In this document: piece after piece, positions 31,201-43,882 of the stretch
Numbering within the stretch: position 1 is the stretch's first letter
Layout of the letters: every line of letters begins with the position of its first letter
NCBI GenBank assembly: GCA_946965045.2
Contig: OX337240.1
Coordinates: 1,240,001 to 1,304,000 of the forward strand
Length of the DNA: 64,000 nucleotides
Direction: 5' to 3'
Origin: Epithemia pelagica
Lineage: Eukaryota > Protista > Bacillariophyta
The notes under the pieces: generated by a model
What the model was told of the DNA's origin: nothing
Database searches by the model: none
Seen by the model: only the letters and a program-made list of their open reading frames with translations
Made by a program: the position numbers and the translations under genes

Positions 31201-33408
31201 AACCTCTAAGCTCATTAAACTTCTGGATCCCTTTGTTCAGCGAAAAGACGCCCGGGAACTTGCTGCTGTGTTGCCACCGATGCAACAGGTTGTTCTTCAT
31301 ATTCGCCAGTCTAGAAGACAATCCGATCTGTATCGGGACTTCAAGAGATGGCAAAGGAGGAATTCAAGAAACTTCTTTTCAGCTTTCTCGGCGCAGAAGC
31401 CAATTCACAATCACCCTGGTGGTCTTCTCTTTGGGAAAGACCGCGATGGACAGGACAAGGAACAGGGGAAAATAGCCGAAGAAGAAAGTGAGTCTCTTCG
31501 AAGTTGGTGGAACTCCATAGTAGAAAAATACGATGGTGAGAAATTAAGCCAAGTGGAACACGGATTCAAAATTGTGCTGGTTCTTCATATTCTTGTTTTG
31601 TCAGCCCGGAAGAATGAGAAGGTTGTGATTTTCTCCCAATGTTTGAAAACGTTAGATTTTCTTGAGGACGTTCTGGGCCGTGATTGGCTTGAATGCTGCC
31701 CAAGTCTCGGTAGTTTACTTGGTGACAATTCTACTTTCAAGGGTTGGACGAGAGGGAAAGAACTGCTTCGAATTGACGGAACGACTAAGGCCATCGATCG
31801 CGGAACATGCGTTACAGAGTTTGACAATAATGATACTGTCCGAGTTTTCTTGTTGAGTAAAGCCGGCTCGATTGGTATCAATCTGGTAAGTGCCCATATT
31901 GCGTGGCCGTCATTTGAGATAACCTTCATTAACTTTCTCGGTCCTAGATTGCTGCCAATCGCATTGTACTATTAGATACCCACTTCAATCCAGCGGTTTC
32001 GGAGCAAGCAATCTACAGACTGTATCGATTTGGACAGGAAAAGCCTGTTTTCGTCTACCGGCTTTTAACGCAGTCCTCTATGGAGGACAAAGTTTACTTA
32101 CGAACTGTATCAAAAACTGGTTTGGCCCTTAGAGTGATAGACAGGAAAAACGTGGAAAGGTTCTTCACGGCTAAAGAAATGGCTGATCTTCAAGATCACT
32201 TGAATTGGGTTCAATGCGATCGATGTGGAAAATGGCGTGTCTTGTTTAATGCCGATCCAGAGGAAGAACTTCCCGAAAATTGGTACTGCGAAATGAACAC
32301 AGATGCACAAAATAAAAGCTGCGATGAACCGGAGCGTAGTCAGGCGTGGTATGAAATGGAAGAGTCTCGTCTGACTGCATTTGTCAGTGGACAAGCTTGT
32401 CATTCATTGGTTACGGAAGCGCCAGAAGGCCTTTCAAACGAAGACGAAGACAGACTTCGCCAAAATGATCAGTTCCTTGATCATTTATTGGACGTTTGTC
32501 CAACGGGGAAGCAAACAAAAATGGTGGCAAGACACGTTTTCCATGACATCCTTGTGAAGCCCACTGACGAACAGCTGAAAAGATCAACACCCCAGAAATT
32601 GGCCAAAGCGACAAGTCCTCCGGAGCTCTCGGGTGACGAATGGATCTCGCCAAATGGCAAGAAGCGTGTTGCAAGTCCGCTTGCATCGCCAAATCCTACT
32701 CAGAGGCCAAGGGTGCTTGGTGTCTCACAGTTCTCCGAAGAGAAAATCAATATATCAGAGGGGCCGTCAAAAAGAAACGGAATGGACTACGCAGACTCGC
32801 GCTCTCCAGCAAGAATTCAAGGAACTTCCAGGACTCGAAGGTCTCCTGTAAAACAAATGATGCAGACTTCACCGGAAGCTCAACAAACAATAGACACGAC
32901 TGATTCTCAGTCCACAGCGACATTGTGTTCGAGGAGATCATCACGCGTGCGACAAGAACATAAACGATTTTGTCCTGGAGATGCACAAACCAAAGAAGCA
33001 AGTGGAAAACCGCGAAACCCTCGAGTATCAAAAAGTGGCCCAACTAGGAATAACGGACAAAACAAGCATCAGACCAATGCCGAGCAGAATCATGGTAAAA
33101 CGGATCTCATCTGCACATTGTACCAAAACGATTCTTTGGGACGTGGTTGCACAGAAGCCGCTTGTGAATCTACCGGTAATTTGAAGACTCAAACAGATTC
33201 TGTCCGTCGCAGCGTTCCGCTCGAGGAGCACGCTACAGGTTCGGTTGGTAAAAGAAGGAAAAAAACTTTTGCACGAAAGTCCGTGCTTGGGGAGGGGATT
33301 GCTCAGGGGGGAACCAATCATGGAACAATTGTGCCCACACCCACCAAAGAGAATAAATGCCCACGGCCAAGCATTGAAATCATCGATTTATCCCTTGATG
33401 ACGACTGA
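28286..33408 (+). pseudogene. ATRX-like SNF2 helicase with ADD-type zinc finger and CW zinc finger, copy 1; in-frame TAA at 29387-29389; introns 30473-30550, 30985-31053, 31886-31947
   Basis: Cys-rich CWVC...VCVVC...CTCALC...FLCDKCPRSFCGTC...WACPIC; LAHNMGLGKS, DEAH, SGTPLQN, SIGINL, QAIYRLYRFGQ; WVQCDRCGKWR...WYCEMN; stop falls where the paralog has AGA. Confidence 0.85.
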
Positions 33409-33973
33409 GATGTTCATCCTTGACACGCAGCTAGTGGACAACGTTTTCTGACACGATTTCTTTGATGTAGGTGTCACGCTCGCGTAACACACCATCTAGA
33501 TCTGGCTTATCATTCTGAACACAGAAGTTACAAGTAATATTCGGAATAACGTCTCTGCGCTTGGACAAGACGCGGTTGTCTGTTTCCACTTTGACAGAGG
33601 ACCCCAAAGCACTTCGAATGTTGTGTCATTTTTGCTGCTTCTTTTATTCTCCTTCGTTATGCAGATATAAAATGACTGTCGACAACGCCTTGGGAGAGTC
33701 ACAGTTGTCGTCTTCCACAGGAGGGAGAGTCTTTCATCTACGCCACGCACCTCCACCACCGCAATTGTGCTTGTATTTGAATTTGCAGCTTTACATCATT
33801 GTAGTCACCACGCGAGAATCAATTCGCAGGTAGTGATTGTGCACAGCTTCACTCAGAATCTTTTTTGGCTCGTTCTTGACCAGCAAGTTGGAAGGCTTCG
33901 TAAGTGGAAAGTTTGCCGGATGCCACATTTTCCAAGTTTCCATTGTAGCAAAGCGTTCATGTCGTGTAAAGCG

Positions 33974-34924
33974 TCAATGAAAGCGGAGTGCCCCGGCACC
34001 TGTGGTAGAAAACGAGACGATCGCGTATGCTGGACCTACTCCTCCCCCACCAGCGCCATTGCCATATTGAGTGCGAAGGACATCGCCATACCATCGCGCA
34101 TCATTCGCGTTCCCTGCGAGTTGTGCAACTCCATCCACAGCAAGTCCGGTTGCTCCGTTGACAGGGTCCGGTGCAAAACGAGCAGCTGGGAGTAGCTGCC
34201 TGAAAGCGGCTAACCCGGGAACTACATGACCATGCGGAATCATGACAATGTGCGGTGGGTCAAGATAGCGCAGAATCACCGGATGGCGTTGCTCCCATTT
34301 TGCCAGCTTTTGTTCCAAATCGTTGTAGGTTGCTTTTCCCTTTTCGTTCGCATGGGCCCAGTCTAGACCTTGTGATTCTCGAAACGCGTCCATCCACGGT
34401 AGCATCTTGTATAAGGGTGGGTCTGTGTCAAAGGACAGCGGTTCGAGTAGCCGGATCATTGATTCCACAGATGATAGCCCCGTGGAGTTCCGCGGCCCAC
34501 GGCACTGCTGAGATTCTATCAGAGCAAGTGCAACGAACGCATCCCGAGCACGGCGTAGCACTTTTGCGGGTACATCCTGACTACGAGGCCGTGAAACGTC
34601 AATGTCCATGAGGCGGTTGTTGAACCAAGCGGTTGCTGCCGAAGCTTCTGAACCAGGCGCGCTGCTCTTCTTCTCACCATCTTTTTCCGAGACAGTTTCT
34701 TCTACTGATTCCACCCAGTCATCAAGAAACTCGCTCATCTCTTCCACCGTGGTATCCATCAAAGCCTTGGAAGCATTCTCTAGAATGATCAGGCAAGGCA
34801 GCTCGTGAGGAAACGTCTTGTATGTCTCAGTAAGACTACACAGCAAATTCACCGTCAACAACCTCGGCCCTGCTTTTTCGCAAACCTTGATGTGCTGATC
34901 TAGGCTTAACTCTGCTGTCGTCAT
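33974..34924 (-). CDS. Hypothetical protein (~316 aa from ATG 34924), no family recognised
   Basis: Uninterrupted ORF with protein-like composition between the two ATRX-like genes. Confidence 0.6.
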   Translation of the reverse strand: MTTAELSLDQHIKVCEKAGPRLLTVNLLCSLTETYKTFPHELPCLIILENASKALMDTTVEEMSEFLDDWVESVEETVSEKDGEKKSSAPGSEASAATAWFNNRLMDIDVSRPRSQDVPAKVLRRARDAFVALALIESQQCRGPRNSTGLSSVESMIRLLEPLSFDTDPPLYKMLPWMDAFRESQGLDWAHANEKGKATYNDLEQKLAKWEQRHPVILRYLDPPHIVMIPHGHVVPGLAAFRQLLPAARFAPDPVNGATGLAVDGVAQLAGNANDARWYGDVLRTQYGNGAGGGGVGPAYAIVSFSTTGAGALRFH

Positions 34925-35484
34925 GGAATATGATTCTAGAGGTACTCGTATTGTGAATGTAATGTAAACAGGCAGAGGGAGGAGTCCGCTGTTCGCGCTT
35001 CGAACAGTGCGAGGGGATGACCCTGCGACCACATCCTGCAGCTATCGTGGCGCTCTGTCGCCGTGCAGGTCTCTCTCATCGTAGTTCTTACGCACGCTAG
35101 GGGTGTAGACGCGTGTGCCGCAAATGGCGGGTAAAAAGTGAGGGCAGTCTGTCAGGCCGCTCCTCCTCCAGGCGTACGTATTTGTCCCCCCATCGCGCCC
35201 GTCGAGTATTCATCTTTACATGCAGCGACCACATTTCTGACAGGCGACAGGCAGACCAAACAGAAATCTTTTTCTGACATCCTCTCGCTTCTATGCAACA
35301 AAGTCTGGAACAGGTATCAGAAATAACAAGCATCAAGAGCAAGACATTCACTTCGATCAAGGTTTCAACACTTGAAGGAACCTAGTGAGGCTCCAATCGA
35401 TAGCTAGCTGACGACATTTGTTAAGAAAGATCAAGACAATTGCGCGGAAACGGCAGGACGTGTTCAAACTTGAACGCTCCGAGC

Positions 35485-38400
35485 ATGAGTTCATCATTCA
35501 GGATTGAATCCGACGGATGCATACGTATCTTGGACATTTCCTCTGAAGATGAGGACAATGGATATGATTCCGATGACAAAAGATCGACAAGCTCGCTTCT
35601 GGACACGGAAACACAACCAGGCTTGACCTCGACCGCTGACGAGAAGCTCTTACACTCGCCAGAATTTTGTCCTGCAGAAAAATCCCAAATTGTGGCCATA
35701 CCAGAAGCGTTGGCGACAACGGATAAGACCCCTCAAGATGAGAGATTCACCCCCTCGCTGTTGGATCATTCGAAGTCTTGTTGGGTGTGCTCCATTTCCC
35801 TCCAATTTCCGTATTCTCCGCACGCTCATCCCCTTATTCCTTCTTTTGAGACAGAGGAGAACGCACGAAAGCAGGGGAAATCGTCACAGACACAAAAGGT
35901 TGTGGCAGCGCAAGTCTGTGCAGTCTGTGCTCCAGAACTTATCTACCACGATAAAAATATCAAGAGCCCCATGCCCGAAACTTCACAAGGAGAAGATGAA
36001 AACACTTCGCAGGTCTGCATTTGCGCCTTGTGTCTTACATCCGAAATTGATAGTAATTCGGAAAACTTTTTTCTTTGTGATGAATGCCCGCGTTCATTGT
36101 GTGATATTTGCATTTCCATCTGTCATGGTGGAGGAGAAGCAGGGCACGATCGTGTTCAGAAACTTCGGAACTGCCCTGATAAATGGGCTTGTCCGATTTG
36201 CGACCCTCCAGATTCGATGTACCGCGAGATCATACCGCCGACAGATCAACCCCGGGTGCTGGAAGACGCATACGCTGAGCTACAGTACGTTGAGCAAGCA
36301 CGCACGAATGCGTTGAAGGAACTGGATCAGGTAGATATTGAACAAGAGCAGGATCACGAGGATAACAACGATTGTGAGATGTGTGACCTTATAATGAATG
36401 ACCTAGAGAAAGGCGATCCGAAGAGAAAATTCACGGACGAGGAGAGAACGGAAGAGATAGAACTGTGGAAAGAGGAGACAAGAAAGCACGAAGTTAGGTT
36501 GTTGGATACAATATCGCTGTTAGAAGATGAATTTCAAAATACATTTGGGTGCGATCTTCAAGATGTCTATCGTAAATTGGAAGCGGAAAGTACCAAATCT
36601 ACTGAGGCGTCGATTCCGACGCCGAGGTGGGATCTGGAACTCAACAAAATTCTGAAGAGAAACCGAGAGCCGTACAGTAGCCAATCGAAAGAGTCGCCGA
36701 CGAGGGATCCGGATTGGGTTGAGGATGTTAACAAAGCACTCAACGCCCGTGATTCAAGTAAACCCTTGCTGAGGGATCGATCGGAAGAGAACTCCGACTT
36801 TGACGACGTGGAAGACCTGATGCTCGATGACTTTGATCCAAAATATACGAACTTAAGCGATGATGAGACGAGAGCTTTGGAAGCAGAAGAAAAGAGGCTT
36901 CAAGAGAAGGGTATATCTGTTACCGTTGTTCGGGAAAGAAGTGATGAGCAGGAAGAAAAAGACAGAAAGAATGAGTTTCGACCCAGAGTTGGTCACCGCC
37001 GACCGAGAAAGAAAGTCACAACAAAGTCGACGACTGCTGTTGGTCCTCTGAGTAGCTCATCTTCAAGCAAACACAGCAGAAACAAAGCCAATCAAGATAT
37101 AGTGGCAGGTAACGAAAGACAAGAAAAAGGACCAGACGAAGCTACAGCTATTCAGACTAGTCTCAACTTAATGGATGACAATCGAGAGGCAATGGATGAC
37201 AATAAAGTGAAAGCAAAAAACAGTGAAGGAAAACAAACGGTACTACTGGAGGGCGCTAAAGCTATCCAGGCTATACCCAAGTTAATGGATGAGGATGTTT
37301 CCCTACCACCAAGTGATGGATCACTTCAAAATATGCACTCTTTTGAAAATATCGACTCAAGGAACGAGTCTTGTGAAACAAGCAACACAAATTGTCCATC
37401 CCGAGCTAATAGTTTTGTTCTGATTCATCCGTCGTGTACAACGTCTCTCACCAAGGCACCTTCAGGAACCGTGGCCAATCGTCATGATTGCGCCACTTTT
37501 GCCAAACAGGTCGGCATAAGGCACACCGATTCAAGGCAATCACAAGAGACACAAGCAGCATGTTCCAAAATATCCCGCGAAAGAGTTGTTGGTTCTCCAT
37601 TGGTGTTACAAGGATCCAATGTGTCACTTTCTTGTGATGTCTCGGAGAAGCTGAAAGCTCACCAAAAAGAAGCAATTGAGTTTATGTGGACTAATGTGTT
37701 TGCCGACCGTCTTGTAGAAGCAACAGAACCAGGTGGTTGCCTTCTAGCGGTGAGTTAATACACACCTCTGTTCTTCATGCGAGCTTTCAATTAACAGGCA
37801 TATTGTTTTTTCTATTTTCTTCTACCAGCACAACATGGGTCTTGGCAAAAGCCTGTCAACGATCGCACTTATAGAGGCTGTCATTCGGCACAAAGCTATC
37901 AAGACAGTGTTGCTGGTTGCTCCCGTCAACCCCATAGATCACTGGGTGAACGAGTTTGACAAATGGATTGGTACGAGCGTTGACGTTCACAATTTTGTTG
38001 ATCTGTCATCCAAAGGCCCTCGTTGCACGTTAATCAGGAAGTGGCAAAGTCGAGGCGGCGTTTTGCTTATCTCTTCAAAAGCATTAACTTCTTTCCTAAG
38101 ACAAAGTCAAACAAAAGGTGGAGAGGACTATCGGGAACATATTCGGCAGACTGATTTGCTAATAATCGATGAGGCACACCAGTTTCTCAAAACAAAGGGT
38201 ACCAAATGCGAAATTGCTCTGAAAATGATCCGAACCAAGAGGAAAATTGCACTTTCAGGAACTCCGCTGCAAAACAAGTAAGTTGGTGACTACCCATGTT
38301 GGACATATAATTGTTTCTCCTCTAATGCTTTTTCTTTCCCCCTTTTAAGTCTTTTGGAATACCATCGGATGATTGATTTTCTACGACCGGGCCTGCTTCC

Positions 38401-40874
38401 ATCCGAAAATCAGTTTGATCGTGAATACGTGAAACCGATTCACTTGGGACTGATGAATGACTCTACTCTAAGTCAGAAAGAGGCAAGTGCTGAGAAAACC
38501 TCTCAGCTCATTAAAATTCTTGATCCCTTTGTTCAGCGAAAAGATGCCCGAGAGCTTGCTGCTGTGTTGCCACCGATGCAACAGGTTGTGCTTCACGTTC
38601 GGCAGTCCAGAAGGCAATCCGATCTGTATCGGGACTTCAAGCGATGGCAAAAGAAGAATTCAAGAAACTTCTTCTTAGCTTTGGCGGCTTTGAATCCAAT
38701 CCACAATCATCCTGGTAGCCTTCTCTTTCGGAAAGCGCGTGATCGACATGAGAGACAACAAGAAAGAATAGCCGAAGGTGACGAAGAGATTGACGACCGC
38801 TTATGTCGACGTTGGTGGGACTCCGTAGCAAAGAAATACAGTGCGGAAAAATTGAGCGAACACGGATTCAAAATTGTGCTGGTTCTTCATATTCTTGTTT
38901 TGTCAACACTGAAGAATGAGAAGGTTGTGATTTTCTCACAGTGTTTGAAAACGTTAGACTTTCTTGAGGATGTTTTGGGACGTGACTGGCTTGAATGGTG
39001 CCCAAGTCTCTACAGTTTACTTGGTGACAATTCTACTTTCAAGGGTTGGAAAAAAGATAGAGAAGTGTGTCGAATTGACGGAATGACCAAGGCATGCAAA
39101 CGCGGGACAATTGTTGATGACTTTGATAGCAAGGATAACGTACGGGTTTTTCTAATGAGTAGAGCCAGCTCGGTTGGTATCAATTTGGTAAGTTTGTTGA
39201 AGCATTTTTGCGACTCGCGAGACCATTCATTAACTCCCTCTGTTACAGTTTGCCGCCAATCGCATTGTACTTTTAGATACCCACTTCAATCCAGCGGTTT
39301 CGGAGCAAGCAATTTACCGACTGTATCGATATGGACAGAAGAAGGCCGTTTTCGTTTACCGCCTTTTATCCCAGTCCTCTACGGAGGAGAAGGTTTACTT
39401 TCGGAGTGTAACGAAAACTGGGTTAGCTCTTAGGGTGATAGACAAGAAAAATGTGGAAAGATTCTTCTCAGCGAAGGAAGTGGCGGACCTACAGGAATAT
39501 TTCACCTGGGCACAATGTGAAAGATGCGAGAAATGGCGCGTTTTGTTTGATGCGGACTCCGAAGAACTTCCCGAAAAATGGTACTGTGAAATGAACACAG
39601 ATACACAAAATAATAGCTGCGACAGACCGCAGCGGAGTCAGAGATGGTACGAAATGGAGGAGACTCGTCTAACTGCGTTAGCAAGGGGAGAAGATTGCCG
39701 TTCACTTGTTCAAGAAGAGCCGGAAGGGCTCTCAAGCGAAGATGAGGACAGACTTCGCGAGAATGATCAGTTGCTTAAGCACTTATTGGACATTTGTCAA
39801 ATGGGGAAGAAAACAAAAATAGTGGCTAAACACGTGTTCCACGACATACTCGTCAAACCCACTGACGAGCAACCGGAAAGATTGACAACCAATGAATCTG
39901 CCAATACGATAAGCCCTCCGAAACCCTCTGTTGAAGGAAAGCTATCACAGAGTGGTATGAAGCGTGCGGCAAGTCCAATTGCATCGCCGAATCCTACTAG
40001 AAGCCCGAGGGTTCTTTGTGGCTTCCCTTCTACCAGTGATCACATCGACCAGGAAGTATCGACACCAGCGATGGCATCAACTGAGAGCGACATGGCATAT
40101 GTAGGCGTGAAATGCTGTTCTCACATGACAGCTAGTGAAAGTGCTGCACAATGGAGTTCTCCAACGACACAAATCCCATTATTGTCTCTAGCCACCAAGG
40201 AAGACGCCAAAGATTACGTGAGGAACATGGGTGATTTCGAGTGCACCACCAATTTACATACAATGGCGTCACATAAACAATACCAAGATGATGGAAAACA
40301 AGAGCGGGAATCAAAAGATCATATCATGGAAAAGGGGGATTCCCTTTATTGCTCTCCAGAAACTTTTAGCATAACCCCCCAAACTCGAAAGTCTCCCATA
40401 AGATCAATGACAAAGAATTCGGAAGCACGTGTGAAGGCAATCGAACGACAAGTGATTGACATGGGAGATGCTCGACAAGAACCTGATCGATTTGCTCCTT
40501 CAAATGCAGAACAGAAAGACACTCATAGTGCATCGAATGAGAAGTGTGGACACATTAGTGCAGAGAAGAATAATGGAAGAAACGACTTAAGCTTAATTGG
40601 AGATGGTTGGACAGGAAACTCTGATAAACTCAGAAGTAAGTCGAAGAGGCAATCAGACAATCTCCGTGGCAGCTTGCCACATAAGGAACACACTCTAGGC
40701 TTAGTCGGCAAAAAACGAAAAAAGACTGTTGCAAGAAAGTCGGTTTTGGGCGAGCGGATTGTTCATGGGAGAACAGATGATGTGACTGCCACGCCTCGCT
40801 TCTCGAAAAAGAGCAAACCCCCGCGACCACACGAAAGCGAAATCATCGATTTATCCATGGACGACGACGAATGA
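35485..40874 (+). CDS. ATRX-like SNF2 helicase with ADD-type zinc finger and CW zinc finger, copy 2, apparently intact; introns 37750-37828, 38278-38349, 39188-39248
   Basis: Same motifs and intron positions as copy 1; spliced frames join without stops (LA/HNMGLGKS, QN/NLLEY, INL/FAANRIV); ATG 35485 aligns with the copy 1 start. Confidence 0.9.
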
Positions 40875-41184
40875 CCGTATGTATTTCTTTTCATCGTTCT
40901 AGGACGAACCACATGCTTAGACCGTCGAAAACCTCATTCGGTCGACTAGTTGCCTATTGTTGCTGTTCCCCATCATCTCTTTTTTCTATCAAGTAAACAT
41001 TGACTTCTTTGAACACTGAACGATTAATCACTACGGTTAAGCCTTGCCCAACACCACTGTCTTATCTTAGCAACAAAGGTACAAACACTTTTCAAATGGA
41101 CACTCCTCTGTCTGGCATGGCGATTCCGCCGTGGCTTCTCGTAGACAGAGATTCTCCCTTCCTTCCACGACCATCCCTCAACAC

Positions 41185-43281
41185 TCATACAGTCGCTTCG
41201 TCTTTCCTCTCTCCTGCATCATCTCCTTCGCCATCATTCTGATCCATCATGGCGTTGTCATTGTCCGCCACATTGTCCCCTTCTGGTGGTGCCTCCCCGC
41301 CAAAGGAAGGACCACCCTGGTTGGATCCACCAATCGAAATACTCATGGATCCATCCGGGTTCCGTCTTTGTTCCACACGTGAAGACGAAGGGGGAAGCGA
41401 CATGTGCGATCCTAGTGGCCGACCACCCGGCGACTGGCCATCGTAGGTCTGTGGACCGGGCATGTACGGCATGGAAGGATCGTGTCGTCCAGGAGTTGCA
41501 TGTCGATGTGGTGAGAATCCCCTATTCATTAATCCAGGAGATCCAAAAGTACCAGGAGATTGCGGATAGGGAGCATGGCCATAATGGTGTGGGGGAACCG
41601 AAGGGAGCGGAGACATGGGAATATCACTACCGGGTGGTGGAGGAGGCATGTGGTGTCCTCCATAGCCGGGTGGAGCCGTCGAGTGCTGATACTGTGGTGG
41701 TAAAGGACCTCTGGCCGAGACACCTGGCTTGACGCCAGTTCCCTTGGTCGAGAGTCCAAGTTCCTTCAAACGTTGTCTTCGAAGACGATCACCTTCATTC
41801 TTGCGTTTTTTGGCTGATAAGGCGGTCTCGAGAAACTGCTTCTCGATTTTAGTCCGCTTCTTCTCAGGTTTGGCGAGGATACGATCAATCTCTTCCTTCT
41901 TTTCCAGAGCTCGTTCTCTGGAACGATCATTTTTTCTTCTACGGCGAGCTTCGTACTGCGACCACAAATGCCGCTCTTCTTCGTTGCGTTCTTCGGCATC
42001 CTTTTTTTCGATATCACCAATTCGCCCCCTTAGTTTCGAAGCTCGCGACCGAGATTGTGCGTTCTTGCGTGCTCTCCGATCCAACACTTCTTGCGTCGAC
42101 GGAATGCGTGGCTTGATGTAGGTTTTTAATCTCGCCGAGACACCCGCGCCCATTTCTCCGTCGTCATCATCCTCATCGTCGCCTCCCTTGGCCACCTTGT
42201 CGTTGTCATCGTAGGGACCAGAGGCCTTGTCGTCTCTTCTAGAATCGCCTCGACCATCCTGTCGGCCATAATGCGGAGGAGCGTTGGGATCATCTTGATT
42301 CGGGGGTGGCGGATAGCGACTGGGATCAGATGATCCTCCAGGACCATACGGATAATGAGGAGGTGGATGGTGTGGATGATGGTGGGGCGGAGGTTGTCCA
42401 TACATCGGATGTTGTCCATAGGGAGAATACATATAAGGAGGCATCGGGTAGGGTGGATAGCCAGGAGGAGGAGGTCCAGGGTATCCATAGGGTGGTGGGG
42501 GAGGTTGCCCTTCGTAGCCTCGCGGAGGATAGGACCCGCTTCCTTCACCAGGCGGAGGAGGAGGAGGGGGGTACATGTGCGGTGGATAGTAACCATGGTG
42601 GCCATGAGCAGGCGATCCATGCGGAGGAGGATATCCGGGATAATGAGGAGGAGGCGGGGGTCCACCCCCTCGTGAAGCGTCTCCACCCGGCGGTGGTGGG
42701 TAGGGGGGAGGGGCATCGGACCCTTCTGCACCAGGTCGGCCTGGAGTGAAGGGTGCTGTAGGATGCCCTCCAGGAGCAGCTTGCCCGTCCTTCCCTGGTG
42801 GTGGAGGAAATCCCTCTCCTGCTCCTCCATGAGGGGGAGATCCAAAGGGAGGATGCGGTGGCTGATCCGAAGGTGGTTGCGTGTCTTCTCCTCCAGCTGG
42901 AGGAGGTTGTTGATCACTACCTTCCACCGTCGAATTTGGAGGAGGTTGCGAAGAGGAAGGATCAGTGGATTCGGAAGTCTTTGTGTACTCTTCTGTATTC
43001 ATGGGTGCATCGGCTTGCCCTTCTGGTGCACCACCATCGGAAGGGCCCGGTGCATCCGATGTCATTTCCCCACCTCCCTGCATTCCTTCACTGCCAGCAG
43101 GATCATCCGATGAGGCTTCTGGTGGATGCTGTGGTTCTTCAGCATCTTGCTGTTCTGGCACACCCCCTTCAACATCTTCAGGTTTCCCTTCTTGTTCAGG
43201 TCCTGTCTCTTCCGATTCTTGTTTCACTGCTACATCTTCTTCGGAAGTTTTCGGTTCGGCTTGCTCTTCAGCTTCACTCAT
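41185..43281 (-). CDS. Pro/Gly/His-rich protein with three basic helical (bZIP-basic-like) repeats; putative nucleic-acid-binding regulator
   Basis: 698-aa ORF; RRARKNAQSRSRASKLR, RRRRKNDRSRERALEKK, AKKRKNEGDRLRRQRLK. Confidence 0.8.
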   Translation of the reverse strand: MSEAEEQAEPKTSEEDVAVKQESEETGPEQEGKPEDVEGGVPEQQDAEEPQHPPEASSDDPAGSEGMQGGGEMTSDAPGPSDGGAPEGQADAPMNTEEYTKTSESTDPSSSQPPPNSTVEGSDQQPPPAGGEDTQPPSDQPPHPPFGSPPHGGAGEGFPPPPGKDGQAAPGGHPTAPFTPGRPGAEGSDAPPPYPPPPGGDASRGGGPPPPPHYPGYPPPHGSPAHGHHGYYPPHMYPPPPPPPGEGSGSYPPRGYEGQPPPPPYGYPGPPPPGYPPYPMPPYMYSPYGQHPMYGQPPPHHHPHHPPPHYPYGPGGSSDPSRYPPPPNQDDPNAPPHYGRQDGRGDSRRDDKASGPYDDNDKVAKGGDDEDDDDGEMGAGVSARLKTYIKPRIPSTQEVLDRRARKNAQSRSRASKLRGRIGDIEKKDAEERNEEERHLWSQYEARRRRKNDRSRERALEKKEEIDRILAKPEKKRTKIEKQFLETALSAKKRKNEGDRLRRQRLKELGLSTKGTGVKPGVSARGPLPPQYQHSTAPPGYGGHHMPPPPPGSDIPMSPLPSVPPHHYGHAPYPQSPGTFGSPGLMNRGFSPHRHATPGRHDPSMPYMPGPQTYDGQSPGGRPLGSHMSLPPSSSRVEQRRNPDGSMSISIGGSNQGGPSFGGEAPPEGDNVADNDNAMMDQNDGEGDDAGERKDEATV

Positions 43282-43882
43282 TTTTGTAATTTTTTTGAAA
43301 CAAACAAACTAACTTGAGATTCAAATGGAGGGTCACAAAGTGGTACCAGAATCAAATAGGTTCCCGGAAGACCTTGTTCGCAAAACGTCTCTATCGCAGC
43401 GTCCCTCACCAAAGACGTCAGCAGCTTCCAAAGCTTGCCGTGTCCTTAGCTATGGATTGTTGTTTCGCCACAAAAACAAGTCACACCCAATGTTTCCAAC
43501 GGGGGATCTATATTATGTGGAGGAGGCGATGGATGAGAGACAAACGCTCAAGAAATGGCGTGGTGTCGCCTCGCCGCGAGCGGAGCAAGATCCCTTCCTC
43601 TCAGCGTAGATGTTTTCTTGGCAATACAAACGCCACTGAACCTTATGGCCTCCGTTGTTTGTGAGTGACCGCAACAAACCAACAGAGAGATAGAAAGATT
43701 AGATGACGGTATTGATCGATTCGATAAGCTCGGTCTGGGTCTCAAGACACACCAGCCTGGCACAAGCAAGAAGGGCGAAAGTCAAGCCGCACTGCGCCGA
43801 CGGGCTGGAGTTAATGAAAGCAAACCGGTCTCGCTCCCCTCCTTCCTCACACACACACACACACGCAAAACACATTGCCACA

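Noticed and set aside
41249-43317. Many 60-260 aa ORFs overlapping the Pro-rich gene
   Set aside because: Alternative and antisense frames of GC-rich low-complexity coding sequence
43848-43863. (CA)8 microsatellite
   Set aside because: Ordinary short microsatellite
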